Shown in pieces: positions 48,170 through 61,946 of a DNA stretch of 64,000 bases. The position numbers were made by a program, and so were the translations under genes. The notes under the pieces are model-generated. The model did no database searches and was not told the origin of the DNA. It saw only the letters and a program-made list of their open reading frames with translations. The DNA is from Psammoneis japonica (taxonomy: Eukaryota), in contig QPGO01000301.1 of NCBI GenBank assembly GCA_008632985.1, forward strand, positions 1 through 64,000, read 5' to 3'. Numbering within the stretch: position 1 is the first letter of the stretch; every line of letters begins with the position of its first letter.

Positions 48170-51058
48170 TCATTTTTTAGTGTTGACAATCTGTCCACGG
48201 AATCGTTTGATCCTTCCATCCTTTTTGTCCAAAACCAGGTCCACAAATTTGGATGCTTTGTAAACGCGTCGGGGTGTACCATCTTGCGCTTCTTCTCCGG
48301 GTGGCAACATGGGGACATCGATTGTTGTGTTTCGGGAGAGAAAATACATTTCTTTGCCTGCGTCATAAAAGACTTTCACCTTGACCAGTGTTTCGACGCC
48401 CTCTTTCACGGCGTCCCCTATGCGTCGGAAGTCACCCTGAACATTGGCCCTGAAATACATTCCTGGCGGCAAAGCAACCGGGTCCTGTCTTACAACTGCT
48501 TTACCGTTTCGCCTCAATCGTATTTTAACGAGCACCGGATCTTGAAGATACATGTATTTGGTGGTATCAACAATGGCATCAAAAGGCATTGACGATGACT
48601 TGATCTGGAGTGCCGAATCATTCTCATAGTTTGCTGTACCGTATCGTTGATAATCGTTAGTCTTGCAGTAGTCGTTGAGGTGGTTGGGAGACACATTGAA
48701 AACTTCGCAGTACTTCGGGAAAGCTTTTGTAAGCGAAAGGTACGTGCAGCATGAAAAACGTTCGTTCACTGCCCCCACAGTCCCACTCAAATCTTGCATG
48801 TATGTTTTTCCTGATACAAAGTATTTGCTTCCTTGGCAGCCTGGAATGCACCTGACCTTGTCGTATCCTGCGGGTGTGTTCCCAACTAGGTCAGCCCATT
48901 TCTCGCATGAGCTCGTGACAGAGCAGTTAGGATCATCGCCACTTCCATCTCCATAGGTATATTCATCATTCAATTCAAATAACGAGTGACCGAGCTCATG
49001 TACTGCAACGAGGGCTCCTGCTGGATGGGTAGACATAGTGGCAATGTTTTTCGATGGATAGCCAGCGCCCCCATATCTGGCATCATTGTGGATTGCAACG
49101 ATCTGTAAATTGGCACCAATTGAAAAACACTTGCTCGCAAGGGTTTCAGTAATCTCAATATCGCAACACCTGCGAGTGAAAAATATTCATTTAATTGGAC
49201 GTTCCCTTGAAGCGCAAGAAAAAGTCCTGTTGTGACCAAAAACTTACAGTAGACGATCAATACCGGCACATCCGTAATCACAGAAAGATCCGCTCATTTC
49301 AGGGGGGTCGACATAAAACACATTCAGCTGATCTACATCTTTCCCAAACATGTTGTAGTTCCCGAAAAAGTGAGTTGTCTTCATAACGTGTTCACGCCAG
49401 GCCTCGTGCGTGCTCGAGTTGAATGCAGATCCAACAAACACAACGTTAATCGCGTTGGTGTGAAATGGAGTCCCGTAGTGGTGCTTAATTGGGTGGCACT
49501 CAACCGAGGCCATGCAGACTCCACTACGACATGTTCTTGAAATGCATTCCTTGTTTGAAGAACATGTCATTCCTGTAGTTTTTGGGGTTATTTCTTGAAT
49601 CGAAATCGTAGGGGTATGTGTTGGCGCCTCCGCTTTGGAAACCGGCGGATGAGGACGCTTGAGCATCGACTCATGTATTTGTTCAGTGGCAGATAACGAT
49701 GGGGGGTCCGTTGGTACTAGACTAGCGGTAGGAGTAGGCATCAGACTACGGCTCAGCGTGGATTGCGCGGTGGGGAGTTGTGTTGTTCCCCTGGTAGGTT
49801 CAGGAGATGGCGCCAAAGATTTAGAAGCAGTAGGTAGCTCTGTTCTTGGTCGTGTTGGTTTGGAAGAAGGCGAACTTGTCGGAGCCGGTGATGGCCGCAA
49901 TGTAGGTGAAGTGGTGGGTTGACCTGATGGATATTTTGTGGGAGTTAATGTTGGCACCGCTGACGGAGTGGGGGTTGGCTTTGACGTTGGGGAAAAAGTT
50001 GGTGAGCGTGATGGCGTTCTAGTTGGTGATTGCGTAGGCAACACCGTAGGAGAAATCGTCGGAGACCCGGTAGGAGTGACAGTTGGCCGCAAGGTGAGCG
50101 AAATAGAGGGATGTTGTGTAGGCGAGTGACTCGGATTCTCAGTAGATATCAGCATGGGTCGCAAAGAAGGTGTTGGATCCAGCTTTGCAACCCGTTGGCC
50201 ACCGCCGCATGCACAACAGGCTTTCGCTGCAACGGTGCCTTTGTTTTCGAAAAAATCTCCATACTGCCGACAGTTATCGTCCTCTCCATACCAATCGCAG
50301 TCGTACTGCTCACCGTCACCGTCATACCAGCCTGCAGGAGAATCACTACAAAACAATTCGATTTCATCTATTGTTGGCTTGGCGCTCGGTGACATGGTCG
50401 GCTCGAAAGTTGGGAAAGCGGTTTGTTCAACAATCGGAGGTGGCAAAATGCAAGTGACATCCAACAAGGGCTCTTTCCCTCTTTCCTCTTTCGAATAGTA
50501 CTTTATCATCCAGTTCCCATCACTGGATTCGTCTGTTGTAAGAGCAAAAGAAACTACAGAATCTCCTTCTTTCACCTTTGCGTCAATGTAAGACGTGACA
50601 TCAAACAAAACATAGTTCTCTTGATCACGAAATACTGTTTGGCTGTCAATGACATGGCCAATGGGTGGTTTATTCTCCCACGTTATTGTTGATTCATCCC
50701 AAGAATCATCGTTCACGGCGTGAATGTGATGCAACACCGGGATATCTCGATCTCGGAATACCTTGAGCATCACTTTGGCCTCCGAAACTTTGCCATTAAT
50801 CCTTCCTAAATTAAATTTGAGAAAAGAATGGCGGGTTCGCCCTCGTTGCCGCATCACCTGTAGTATTTTCACGTCTCTGGCATATGGTGGAGACACGCCA
50901 TTTCTAACCGTAGGATATTGCTCGTTCGTAAAAGCGTCATCGATTGGCATTTCAACGAATTCCCTTAACGAGCATGTAATAGGAACAATCAGATGCGTGG
51001 CTAGTAAAAGAAAGAGAGAAACAGCTGCCTGGCGGATTGTGCATTTTGCTTGCAGCAT
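48170..51058 (-). CDS. Secreted modular metallopeptidase: CBM96/DNRLRE-like, Cys-rich module, P/T/S stalk, M64-like peptidase; intron 49170-49247
   Basis: Signal peptide; SFLKFNL...SWDESTITWENKP...FDVTSYI; CSDSPAGWYDGDG...ACCACGG; NVVFVGSAF; HELGHSLFELNDEY; a GTAAGT...CAG intron restores the frame. Confidence 0.85.
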
Positions 51059-52869
51059 TTTCGTTACCTACTTCGAAACTTCGACTTGTGTGTACATACA
51101 GTATTTCGAACACAAAGAAATATCCAGCAGGAGGAGTCTCTCAACTGCGATGACCGATGATAATGTGGTCGCAGCGTAGCGCGGGAAGCTCAAGCACCCA
51201 ACAGGACTCCCACTGCTCGAGTGTGAGGGGGCCTAAGTAATTCTAAAAACCGTTAACGGCCGTTACTATGTAATTTGGTAGTATTTTGGTACTCTATATA
51301 TGAGGCATTTATGTAGAAATTACGTACGTACAAACATAAGGGGAAACGAGCGTGGAGAAGAGACGACGCGAGCGAAGCACGAGCGAAGAGACCGACAATG
51401 ATGGATGCAAGTGCCGGAGAGAGACGCAAGGAGAGCAATCCAACGATATTGCAAGGGCGCAAAAGAGAGAAAGATCTATTTGAGTTAGTGCCATATCTTC
51501 AATAAAAAGAACAAAGCAAGAAGACATTGGCATGCACAAAAACTTACACAAAGAAGCACGGCACCAGCGCCTGCAGAATGACCACATCTGCGGTGACATG
51601 GAACAACACAAGGAGGTGAGAACATACTTTTCTACAAATACAACGCAACAACGAGCAAACGACCAATAGAAACTCACCAGTAGGGTCAAAACTTGGGGTG
51701 CCTGGATCGTCAACGGCGGGAGGAACGACAGATGAAAGAGAGTCTGCTGGTTCCACGGAGCAGGACGACAAAAGCAGGCGGTAGATCGGCATGAGCAATG
51801 GTAGAAAGTTGGCACTTGGGATCGAGTGACTCGTCCAGTCCATAAAAGTCGTGGTAGTAGCTTGGAGAACGGAGGCAGCGCCATGGTGGGACGGCGTGGA
51901 CCGGGACAGAAGCAGCACGCCATGGTGGAACGGTGACGGAGCCAAAAACGGTGACGGCGACGGTGCACACCCATGGACTTCGATATCCCCATCTTCGAGT
52001 CCTATACATCAAGATGCGGGACAAGGAGGTTCAAGGTGAGCGCCATTGCGAACGAGAACGGGGGAAAACGAGACCTGATTCCGTGAGAATCAGAACTCAC
52101 CACATTTTGAGTCATTCTGACCCATTCTAGAGCCGTGGCTCACTCACATGGCACGACCCAATGGCGTACAACACTATCAAGCAAGGTAGGGGTCGGGAGG
52201 CGGTGTCGTACCGGTCAAATCGGCCAAAAGCGCCATTGTCGGAGGGAGCGGTGGTTGTCGATCGGCCGCTCGGAAAAATTATGAGCCATCAACTCGACCG
52301 CGCACCGTTCGGAGTCGAACAAAATTTCTCGGTACAAAATGTACACAAATGTACGTCAGTATAAAAATCGTGTAGAAGGGTTGTAAGTAGAACCGTTACT
52401 CTCTCTATGTAGACTACAAGGATTCTGCCGTTAAACTATACCAATATGTATAATTCTACGTGGTCGATTTGAATCAATCCCACCAACGTTTTTGAATTTC
52501 GATCGTAATAACGGCTTTAGGTGCTGAGATGAATATAATATATAAGTTTGAATTAAATATCATATATAGCGTTAATAATTTTGAATGATTGCGCGACTGC
52601 CAGTCGGCACCAAAAACCGTCGCCAATAAGTAAACCTGCAGTACAAAAGTACTCTTTGCAATACGTTGGTACTTCAGTCTTGCACATGAAAGCGCTCCCT
52701 AAGTATTTAACGGTCGAACTATATATATAAAATCCTCACAGCGGGAGACCCTATATACGCTCCCGTGTGCACTCAACGCGCCTCGGTTACGACCTTCTCG
52801 TTGGGTTGCACAATGGCGAGAACGACCCCAGCGAGGAGGGTGGACGACGAGGAGGGCTACCTCGTCGGT

Positions 52870-55760
52870 CTCCACCTCGTTGCTTGGACCCTTCTCGTCG
52901 GGTTCGGCGGGGCCGAACCCTCCTCGTCAGGCTCCATGAGTGCGCAGGGCGCGCACCCACAGCACTTCAGGAAACACCAACTCCAACAAGTCCAAGGATG
53001 GCGATCGTGGAGACCTTCTCGGCATGAGATTTTGGGACAGAAGGACAGACATGGTGACGGACATTCGCATCCCCGACACGGACGCGAAGTCACACCCATC
53101 CAAAACACCAGAAGAAGTCCCAGCAAGCCACGAACGTGAAAAGAAGTGCAAGTGCCTCCAGCCTTGTCTGGAACAATGCCATCATTTCACACCATTCGTT
53201 GCATCATGCAACGGGCTTTTCGGCAAAGAAGCCAAGGCGATGCTCCACAAGATGGCGTCAAAACTTTTGGACAAGTGGCAAAAGCCACATTCTGAAGCAT
53301 GCGGCTGTGTCAACGCGAGGATGAGTGTTGCCACAGTCAGGGCAACCCACCATTGCCTCAGGGGATCCTGCATTCCTGCCTCTCAGATCAGCTCCAGGCA
53401 ATCCCAGTGGGAAGATGGTGCAGGTCTGTCCCTCTGCAAACACCAAAAGACCCGGACACAATCGACTGCCACCTGCCCAGACCGCATGCCAAACGACAGT
53501 CCACAGAGCACACTGACACCATGCCTGGAAGACAACAAAAACCCACCATCACAATGGAACATGGCGCCAGAATCAGTTCAAAATTTGCTCGCACTGCCTG
53601 CGGAAATGCACGCGTCAACTGCCCCTCATTTGCGCAACTGCGCTGGCTGCACAGTGTCCATTTTCACCATGTGTGCCCCGCTGCAATGACACCAAAGGAA
53701 TGAACCCTGTGGCGGCTCTGAATGATTTCAAATTGGGAACCAATCAGATGTGGTTGTCATGGGATGGCATTTAGAGGGGGGTGAAATGGGGAAGTTGTCG
53801 CGCTCAAACTCTTTGACACTCACAAGAACAGTGAAAGGGACGTGTTTGAGCAAGAGACAAAGGCTTTCGAGCATTTGAGAAAGGCGAGGTTTTGTGTGAA
53901 AAATTCAGCAGACTGACCATGCTGCCCACATTTCACAACCCACTTGCAGAGCTGTGTTCAAGGAAAATTGACAAACATTGCAGGGTGATGTTTAAATTTC
54001 CTGCACTCTCTTGCTCAAACTGTGTTGTTTCTTGTCCTTGGAACATTGGCGTGGTGACACCATGGTGCTTGTGTGTTTTGTGTGTCTTGTGTGAAGAACA
54101 ATGACTGGGATGCAAACAACTCACAGTCTTTTGCTGACCCTGAGTGGTGGCAAGTTATCTTGAAAGGTGTGTGCAAGATTGCTTGGTCAAGCTGCTTTCG
54201 TCATGTGAAATCTTTGAGAGGCTCTTGCACAGCGTGGGGCTCTGTGACATGCAATGCCAGGTCATTCTTGATGTGCTTGTCCCCAAGTCTTGAGCGTGTG
54301 CTGGCGCACCATCCTTCACACAGGCGTGGGATGTCATCATGTGCAGGTCACTGGCAGAACTTCCACACAGCAGTGTTTTGTCTTTTTGCTTGTCAAAGAG
54401 ATTGGTGGCAGGGTTCTATTGGAGGTCAGAGATGGTGTCACACATCACTCTTTGTCATTGGTCAACTTGTGGTCAAGGACAATGAGCTGAAGGCCATTGG
54501 GCACCTTGACTCATTTTGGGATTTGTGCCAACAACACTTCATTGTGGGAGAGCTGTGACAATGAACAAAGGATGAAATCATTGTGTTTGTTGTCAAAAAG
54601 CAAACATGCAAAGTGCCAGCAGCAATTGTGCAATGACTGAAATGAACTCCTTGAGGTTGTGGCCTGTCAATGTTTTCTGCAAAGCACTGGGGGAGGTGCA
54701 TCATGACAAAAACAAAAGGGGGGCTGACTCAGACATGCTGTGCTGTGGCTCACAGGGCTTTGAGAGCAAGCCCATGCTTTGGTGCTGCAGCGTTGCATGT
54801 GACACAACATGGAAAAGGCACTGCTCACTGCTTCTCTTCAAATTGGAGCAAAAGATGTTGCACAAGACTGGCCATTTCACCGCAATTTTCTGCAGAGATG
54901 ACAGTCATGTTCTAAAAGTTTCCTCTCATTCCAGCACTTTTAACCAGCTGCTGTTGCCATTTCCACAATCCAAGCACACAAAACCAAATTCTGACAAACA
55001 CCCAGATGTGCAGCATTTCCTGGCTGTGGGCATTTCTGGACCAAGAAGAAGCAGGGTGGAGTGCAGTCTCTGTTGCAAAAGCAAACAATGACTGTGCTGC
55101 ATGAGATTTGGGGGGACACATGAATGGCAATGCTTTTGTGCTCTTGCTGTGGGTGCCATTGCTGCCACTGCCACAGGTGATTTGGAGACCTTGAGTCAAA
55201 TGATGTGCCAGCACCTCATCTCAACCCTCAGATCAAGAAGCCAGCGCGCAGCACCGCACACTTGACAGCTGATTTTTGGGGTGCAGGTGCTGCCATGCAA
55301 GATGTGGCTCACCTCAGTTTGGTCATGGTGCTGGTGGGTCATGGACATGATTTCTTGGAGGGCACCAAGTGCCACAGCAGTGGAGTCATGGAAAGCACGC
55401 AGAGTCGAGGCATCAGCACCTCTGCGACATTTTTTGGCCTTTTTTGGCAGAGTCGCTGGCAAAGAAACCTTTGCACCTGATGCAATGAAGGAGTGCTTGC
55501 ATGGCTGCATCCACAATTGGGTTCACTGTTTCTTTGCAGTTGAAGCACTGGACAGCCCAGCTTGAAAACAAAAGCAGCCAAAAAGGCAAGTGAGAGGAGC
55601 AGCTCTCGCATGACTTCTGCTCGAGAGATGCACACACAGGCTCAAGGACACCTGCCAAAAGCCACCAAAGAAGGCATCCATCTGTTCTGTTGGAAAAACT
55701 CAGAGAGTCACAAGAGACTGTTTGAAAGCAGGAAAGGAACAAGAAATGCAACAATCATTG
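52870..55760. other. TpA-depleted domain C
   Basis: Abrupt change from TA-rich intergenic DNA (52.4-52.76 kb) to nearly TA-free DNA. Confidence 0.85.
52990..53445 (+). mobile_element. 3' fragment of a CRE-like non-LTR retrotransposon (restriction-like endonuclease region)
   Basis: RGDLL..FW...DIRIPDTDAKSH...EREKKCKCL..CLEQCHHFTPFV...KWQKPHSEACGCVNARMS...RATHHCLRGS...QWEDGAGL, with Y>H/C. Confidence 0.8.
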
Positions 55761-56007
55761 TGTTAACTTAAAACTTTAGCCTGTGCATTGTGCTGGCAAA
55801 ACCCAAACGCACAGACGGACAGAAATTACTTGCGCAAAAACATCATAAATCAGCATAAATCCATCAGAATCATCCTCCAATCCTCAACGGACGCGACACG
55901 CGACGCCACACAAGACTCGACATCACATGCATGATGGCAACAGATGCCACATAATGCCAAGGCGGAGAGACGTCGAATACCGGTATTGACTTGCAAGACG
56001 TCAAACA

Positions 56008-56770
56008 ATGAAGCTACTTCCATTCTTGCTTGCCTCACTGTTTGGACTGGTAGTTGTGAACGCTAGCAGTAGCGCTTCGACATCCGTGCCGACAAGCTTG
56101 AAGCAAGTATCGGCACAATCTCCAGCTGACACCGTCGAACTTCAGTCGATTGATCGACGGGGCTTTTGGGAAAGAAGGACCAAACAGTCCTTGAATGGTG
56201 GAGCCCAACAAGGCAGTGAAGCAGTCGGCAAGCCGAAAAGTAGTTTGGGAGAAAAGTTGCAAGCCGTGGTGAAGAGGATTTTCAAACCAATCTTTTTGCC
56301 GTCGGTCGATGAGATTCATGGCAAGGCACGAGGAGCTGTGGAAACCTTTCTTGAACAAACTCTTTATAGCAAAGAGAATCAACCCGAATCAAACAGACAT
56401 GCCGAATGGAATGGCTTTCTTAGCGCATGGCTGCTTGTTGCCATTCCCGTACCTTTGCCGATTCTTGCGGCTGCGCTGAGTCTAAACGTGGCAATTCTGT
56501 TAGCATCGAGCTGGGACGATGCAATCAAAAACAAGTTTTTGATTGGGCTTTCTCACGGAACCATGGTGTTTTTTGGTTCTTCTGCGAACACTGGAGGACA
56601 TAGTTGAGCCTGAGGCCTTTCTTGTCTCTCCTCGTGTTGCTGCGATTGGCCTTAACTTGGGAACGAATCTATTCTTTGGTCATGCCGGGAGCTATAGGAT
56701 CACAAAGTACCTGATGGACTCTGCTATCTGGGCAGCGATGTTTTACATTCTCTTCGAATACTTACGCTAG
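56008..56770 (+). CDS. Hypothetical membrane protein with signal peptide (two overlapping frames; intron or frameshift unresolved)
   Basis: ORF 56008-56607 with signal peptide and hydrophobic segment; overlapping hydrophobic ORF to 56770; normal composition. Confidence 0.5.
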
Positions 56771-57144
56771 GGGTCCGGGGTACGGCATCGTCGTTGTATC
56801 TTCTGCTAGGGCTACAGATTGCAGTGGATGGAACGCCGGGCTAACATATGTTTCGGCGCATGCTTTCTTACACCGGCATAGTCGTAGTTTCATTATAATG
56901 TGGTATTGTTAAGGTCGCACATCATGCCAGAGCAGTCGAAATCTGTATCTAGTCTAGCTTTGTTCGCGTCTTCAGCAGTTTTGGGTTGTTGTTTTCTCTC
57001 ACAAGCGGCTTAACAACAGCGATTGTATGACTGGTAGACCAGATAGTCGAAGATGCTGACTTAACCAAGGCTAAAAGCATTACAGATCGACGTAATCGAT
57101 TCGAATAAAAGCGCCTCTTTCTATTTATTTTTAATTCGCCGACA

Positions 57145-60100
57145 CTACTCATCAGCAAGAAAATGCTTCGTAGCCTTTCCAATCTGAACTCGACGCATCT
57201 TGGACGCAAACTTGAGTGCGCAAGCCGTTTCTTGCACATCCTTGGGATCAGAACTGACGCACACTACCATTAACACCTTTGTGTCTGCCTGAAGGCTGTC
57301 CCGAAGCAAATGTGTCAGTGTCGAATTTCTATAGGGGACGGATTGATGAAACTGCACTTGTGCATTTACGACATCACTCAAAGCTGCCAAGGACTTGTTG
57401 GCAAACTTCCACTCTCTGTTGTTGCCCACACCAGCAAGCATCCCGTCCCCGGACGATTGCTTCGTTTTGCTGCTGCTCGGTGGTTTGCGTGGCAGCTGGA
57501 CGAGATCCGCTGCAGCAAGATCAGCAAATTGAATCTTACCCTCGGTAGCAACGCCGGTAGCAATGTTTGTTGAAGTGACCTTCAAGGTTGCAATGACATG
57601 GCTTGCTGCTTCGTGGCTTTCTTGGCTAACGCCATGTTCTGTCAACCTAGCTGCACGATGAGCAAGGCATTGCTCCCATACTTTTCGAACGTCGTCAAAG
57701 CTCTTGACCGGAACAGACACTAATCCCTGAACGACAATATCGCCATCGTGGCCGGTCCGGATTTCTAATTTGTTTGGTCGGCCACTTCTGGAGCAAGCAC
57801 TGGTTCCCTGATGCGAGAAGGAACTCACGTCGTCTTCTGTGTTTGATCTACTTCGACTCCGGCTGCCTCCCTTTTTAGAGCCACCACTGGTGGCTTCTTC
57901 TAGAAGTAGCTGGCCCCGTTCCTCGCCAATCTTGGTTCCAGCAATCAGATCATTGAGGCGCTCATTATGCACCTCGACAATTGTGAGACAAAATACGTCT
58001 ACATACCGCGCATTACGGTGCTCTGAAACCGTGAAGAGTTGCTGCGCTGCCTGTAATTGAATACCGTGGTCACAAATTTCGATACGGGGTAAGTCTGCAC
58101 CAGGTGTAGTCTTGACCTCTCCCAGCAACGTAAAAGTTTTACCGCTATTGGACTGTCCATACGTCATGAGACACACATGGTATCCATCCAAAGCACTCAA
58201 CACAAGTTCCTCCGCTTCAGAGTACACCTCTGATTGCTTTACATCTGGTTCGAACACCCGGTCAAACTCAAAGCTCAACGGCCTGCTATTATCCGAGCCG
58301 TCCCTTTGTAAGGCGATAGTTTCTTGTGACGGAAACGAAACCGCGGTGCTGGAGCCGCCAAAAGCGCGAGGGCGACAATACACACGAACCGTTCCTCGAA
58401 GATCTTGCACCTCATGCAACAGCTTTCGTCTCGCTGCCGATTCCAGCGCAAGCTTTTCTCGCAAGCGCTTAACTTCTGCTTGAGACGAGTTCAATTCTTC
58501 GGATGCTTGATCGGCCCATTGAGTAGCAGTATCCGGTAGCGTCTCCAATTCGTCTACCGTGGCGCGACGCAAAAGCTCAAACTGTTGCCGAACTGCAGAG
58601 GCCTCAGCGTGCAGCTTCAATACACTCTCGGCATTAACTGCTTCCAAGGTGCCCGACCCGGATTCTTTAATGTCAAGCATGTGATTGCTTGAAGAGCTTC
58701 CCTCGCTACTACCTAGCAACGACGTGGAATCTCGATCACCCGCCTGGTATTTGGCATTTTTGCGTCCCATAAAGCCCAACTTCTTTCGGTTGGATTGGTG
58801 GTGCTTGTCACTACTGCTGCAATAAGTTACGATAACGGAAGGGTGAGCAAGACCTACTTAAACGATTTCACACGACTCCACAGGAAGAAGACTCACATGT
58901 CAGCCAGCGTTTCTCCAAGATACTTGGCCTCTTCATGTTTGGACTCCAAATCCCGTCGGGTCCCATCCAATTCAATTTCCAAAGCCCGATTCCGCTCCAT
59001 GGCCGCCTCCAACAATTCTCGTTGATTGGATTCGGCCTGCGTAAAACGCTGTTTGAGTGAAGCCGCATATACGTTTGCCTTTTTCCGTTCCGATTCCAAC
59101 TCCTGCGACATGCTCGCGCGCTGCACTTCGGCGGCAGCCGCACGGGTTTGCAAGACACCCGCCTCCTCTTCTGCAGCTTCGGCCTGTCTTCGCCAAAACT
59201 CGGCATTCTTGCGTTCTCCCGCAAGCCGTTCTTCGGCGACTCGTTGCTTGGCAATGGCTTCGGCGGATCGTTTTTGGGCTTGTGCGGCCGCTTCGGCAGC
59301 CTTGTGTGTGACAGTATTGTTCCAGTCACTTGCATTGCTCTTTTCAGCGCTCTGAATGGCTTGTTCCGCCACCTTGACGGCACGGGCAGCTTCCGCGCGG
59401 CTCGATTCCAGCTCGGCTCTCAGCTCTGTTAGAGCCTGGTGCAACTCTTCCACAATCTCTTGATCAAAGCCAGCACCCGTCAATGACGATACGACAGTAC
59501 CTTCTTCAATTTCATGCGACGTATTATTTTTGTCGGTGGATACACGAGAAGTAACAGCGTGTTGTGACGTCTGTTGCGATGACGGCATGTTGAGAGAGGT
59601 ATTGGCAGACGGCCTGGCTGCAGATGCGACAACCGCCGACTGAGACGCCATCATCAGCAGAGATGTGGGTTCATGCTGGGAGTCCACCTTAAGCTCGAGC
59701 TGCTGACCAAGGCTTGCCGATGCAGCAGTCAAAACCACGGGGGGTGACTTGAGTGGTGCTATCCTTGAATCATGCTTATCGTCCATGATTGTGTTTGGTA
59801 CATCCAGACTGGCCGACATCAGATTCTTTGGTGCTCCAGCCGGTTTGCTATCTGTGAAACGATTGAAAATATCGCGAGAAAGAAGCGTTAGATGTGCATC
59901 AAAAGCAACAGAAAAGCAGGAGACAAGTATTCTCACCTCCAGCACCCTCTTCAGTTTCTAAAGGAACATTCAAAAAGCGTGCAAAGGCTCTGGCAAACTT
60001 GTCTCGGTCCAGCGTCGTCGGTGCCTCAATATCCAACGAGCTGCCATCGTGTGTCACGAGCGACAGCAATCGACACGCAGGACTGGAATTCTTGACGGTT

Positions 60101-60939
60101 CGCTCCGTAGTTTTTCCCTTGCGAACACTGGCAAATCTTTCCAAGCTAATTTTGGTGTCCTTCTTTTTTCCCCACGATAGTGCTCGTTTGCGCGTATTTA
60201 AGGAACTGTTGATAAGATGACTGCGATCATCGCTTTTGCGAAAACTCCGAACCAAACTCCCAACACTCTTGTTGGACAGGCTCTTGCTGGAACGGACGCT
60301 CCACCCATCCTCGTCGAGAGGAACACACTTCACGTAGCGTAAGGTAGATTTGCCATTTTGATTAATTTTCCTCACCGCCACGCCATAGGCATCCTCACAA
60401 AGGCGTTGTTCAAATAGAGCTTGTTCTTGTGCATCGGGATCCGATTGTTGAATCCACTGCAAATCCGCTTGTTGTTGTTGCTGCTGCGGAGTGGTCGTAC
60501 CGGATCGACTCGTTCGACCCGATCGTAAACTCCCGATGCTTGTCGATGCGGAAATGATTTTGTGTTTGTTGCGTCGCTTGGGAGATGACGATGTCGTATC
60601 TCGTGGATTCTTTGGAAACGGACGTTGATCGAGTGGTGGTCGTTGCTTTTGTTCCAAATGATTCTCAGTCGACGACGCCATGCTCCCATTGGCGTTTGGT
60701 GGGAGCAGACGGGGCGGCGTGGACCTCGTCGTAGAATCTGTACCAAGCCTACGGTCGGACGACGTCATGTTGCTGTTGTCGTTCTTGTACACGCCCACAA
60801 TGCGTTCCAGCGATTGAGCATTGGCGTGATTCTGTCTTTTGAGATTGTTGTTATCACCCGCAGCAAGAGCATCGGCGGATCGCATGGTTAATGGTTTTCT
60901 CGATGTTTCTGCTGCTATCATAACGTTGTTTTCACTCAT
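57145..60939 (-). CDS. Kinesin-14-like protein with N-terminal PH-like domain, coiled coil and C-terminal motor; introns 59852-59936 and 58817-58896
   Basis: Neck RRKLLHEVQDLRGTVRVYCRPR; FEFDRVF; YGQSNSGKT; VPYRNSTLTHLLRDSL; two GTGAG...CAG introns join three ORFs in frame. Confidence 0.9.
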
Positions 60940-61946
60940 TGCGTTTTTTGTAGCGTAAGTTTTTTTAGCCGGATTCACGAGCCGAGGAAACCGCAAACCA
61001 CGATCCAACCGAAAGATATATGTGTCCTGTGTCTTCGGCCGGATTCTTATGACGATTTCGAGGTCTGTTGATGATTACAACACAGCTAAGGACCTCTTTT
61101 GCCGATGAAACAAACAAGCTCCTGCTCCGGGTTATTCTGTGAAAATTGGGAAAGGTAACTCCACTACACGACGTTGTTTTGTAGCTTATTTCTTTCTTCC
61201 GTACAAAGAATCCCAGCACTCGTTATACTTTTGTTCTTCTTCTTGTCAATACTGTTGTTGTTGCCATAGAGCATATCGTTTTCTGTCTTTCTTGTGCGTG
61301 TTGGCTTGTGCGCTGTGTTCTCATCGAAAACAAGACGACGATGATGCGCACACTGCCTGGCGCTGAGTGCGTTCAAACACACACTGCCCCATTGGGTTCT
61401 TGCACATAATAATCTATTTAACAAACTTTTCAAACTGACCGTTGAGGAAGTATTCTAATATTGACACTTTAAGCTAACTTTTATGTTCTTTCGAGCCCGT
61501 TCCGCGATTCAAACAAAATGTAAATAAGATTGAATATATATATTCCCTCGGAGTCGCCATTCAAGATTATGTCTATACAAATCCAAATAAAATAATTCTA
61601 GCTTTCGCACGATTGCAGGTGCGCCACCAATATTTATGAGATAGGAACTTGTGCTGTATCGTCACTTTTCTAAGTTGTACTCGAGAACCTTCAATCAGAA
61701 TGCGACGTGCCTTATGAAAGTTGGTGACAATCTTTTTCCTATAGCAAGCTTGTTATGCGAAATGTGGGCATAGCATTTGATTGACAAACTCAAGAATGAT
61801 AGGCATGAGTTTAGGCAACAAGCTTTACGTAATAAGATACCGGTATGACCCTATCACAGACTGATGTGTGATTTGACCAAACGAAGATGGAGGAATTGTA
61901 ATCATTTAAGATAATGAGGAAAGCCGCTGCAGGGTGTCACTACTAA

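Noticed and set aside
51253..52364. ORFs upstream of the peptidase gene
   Set aside because: No recognisable domain or consistent frame; a small gene cannot be excluded.
319..55771. Hundreds of overlapping Cys/His-rich ORFs in all six frames
   Set aside because: Expected by-product of losing TAA/TAG stops and Tyr codons; they are not metal-binding proteins or overlapping genes.
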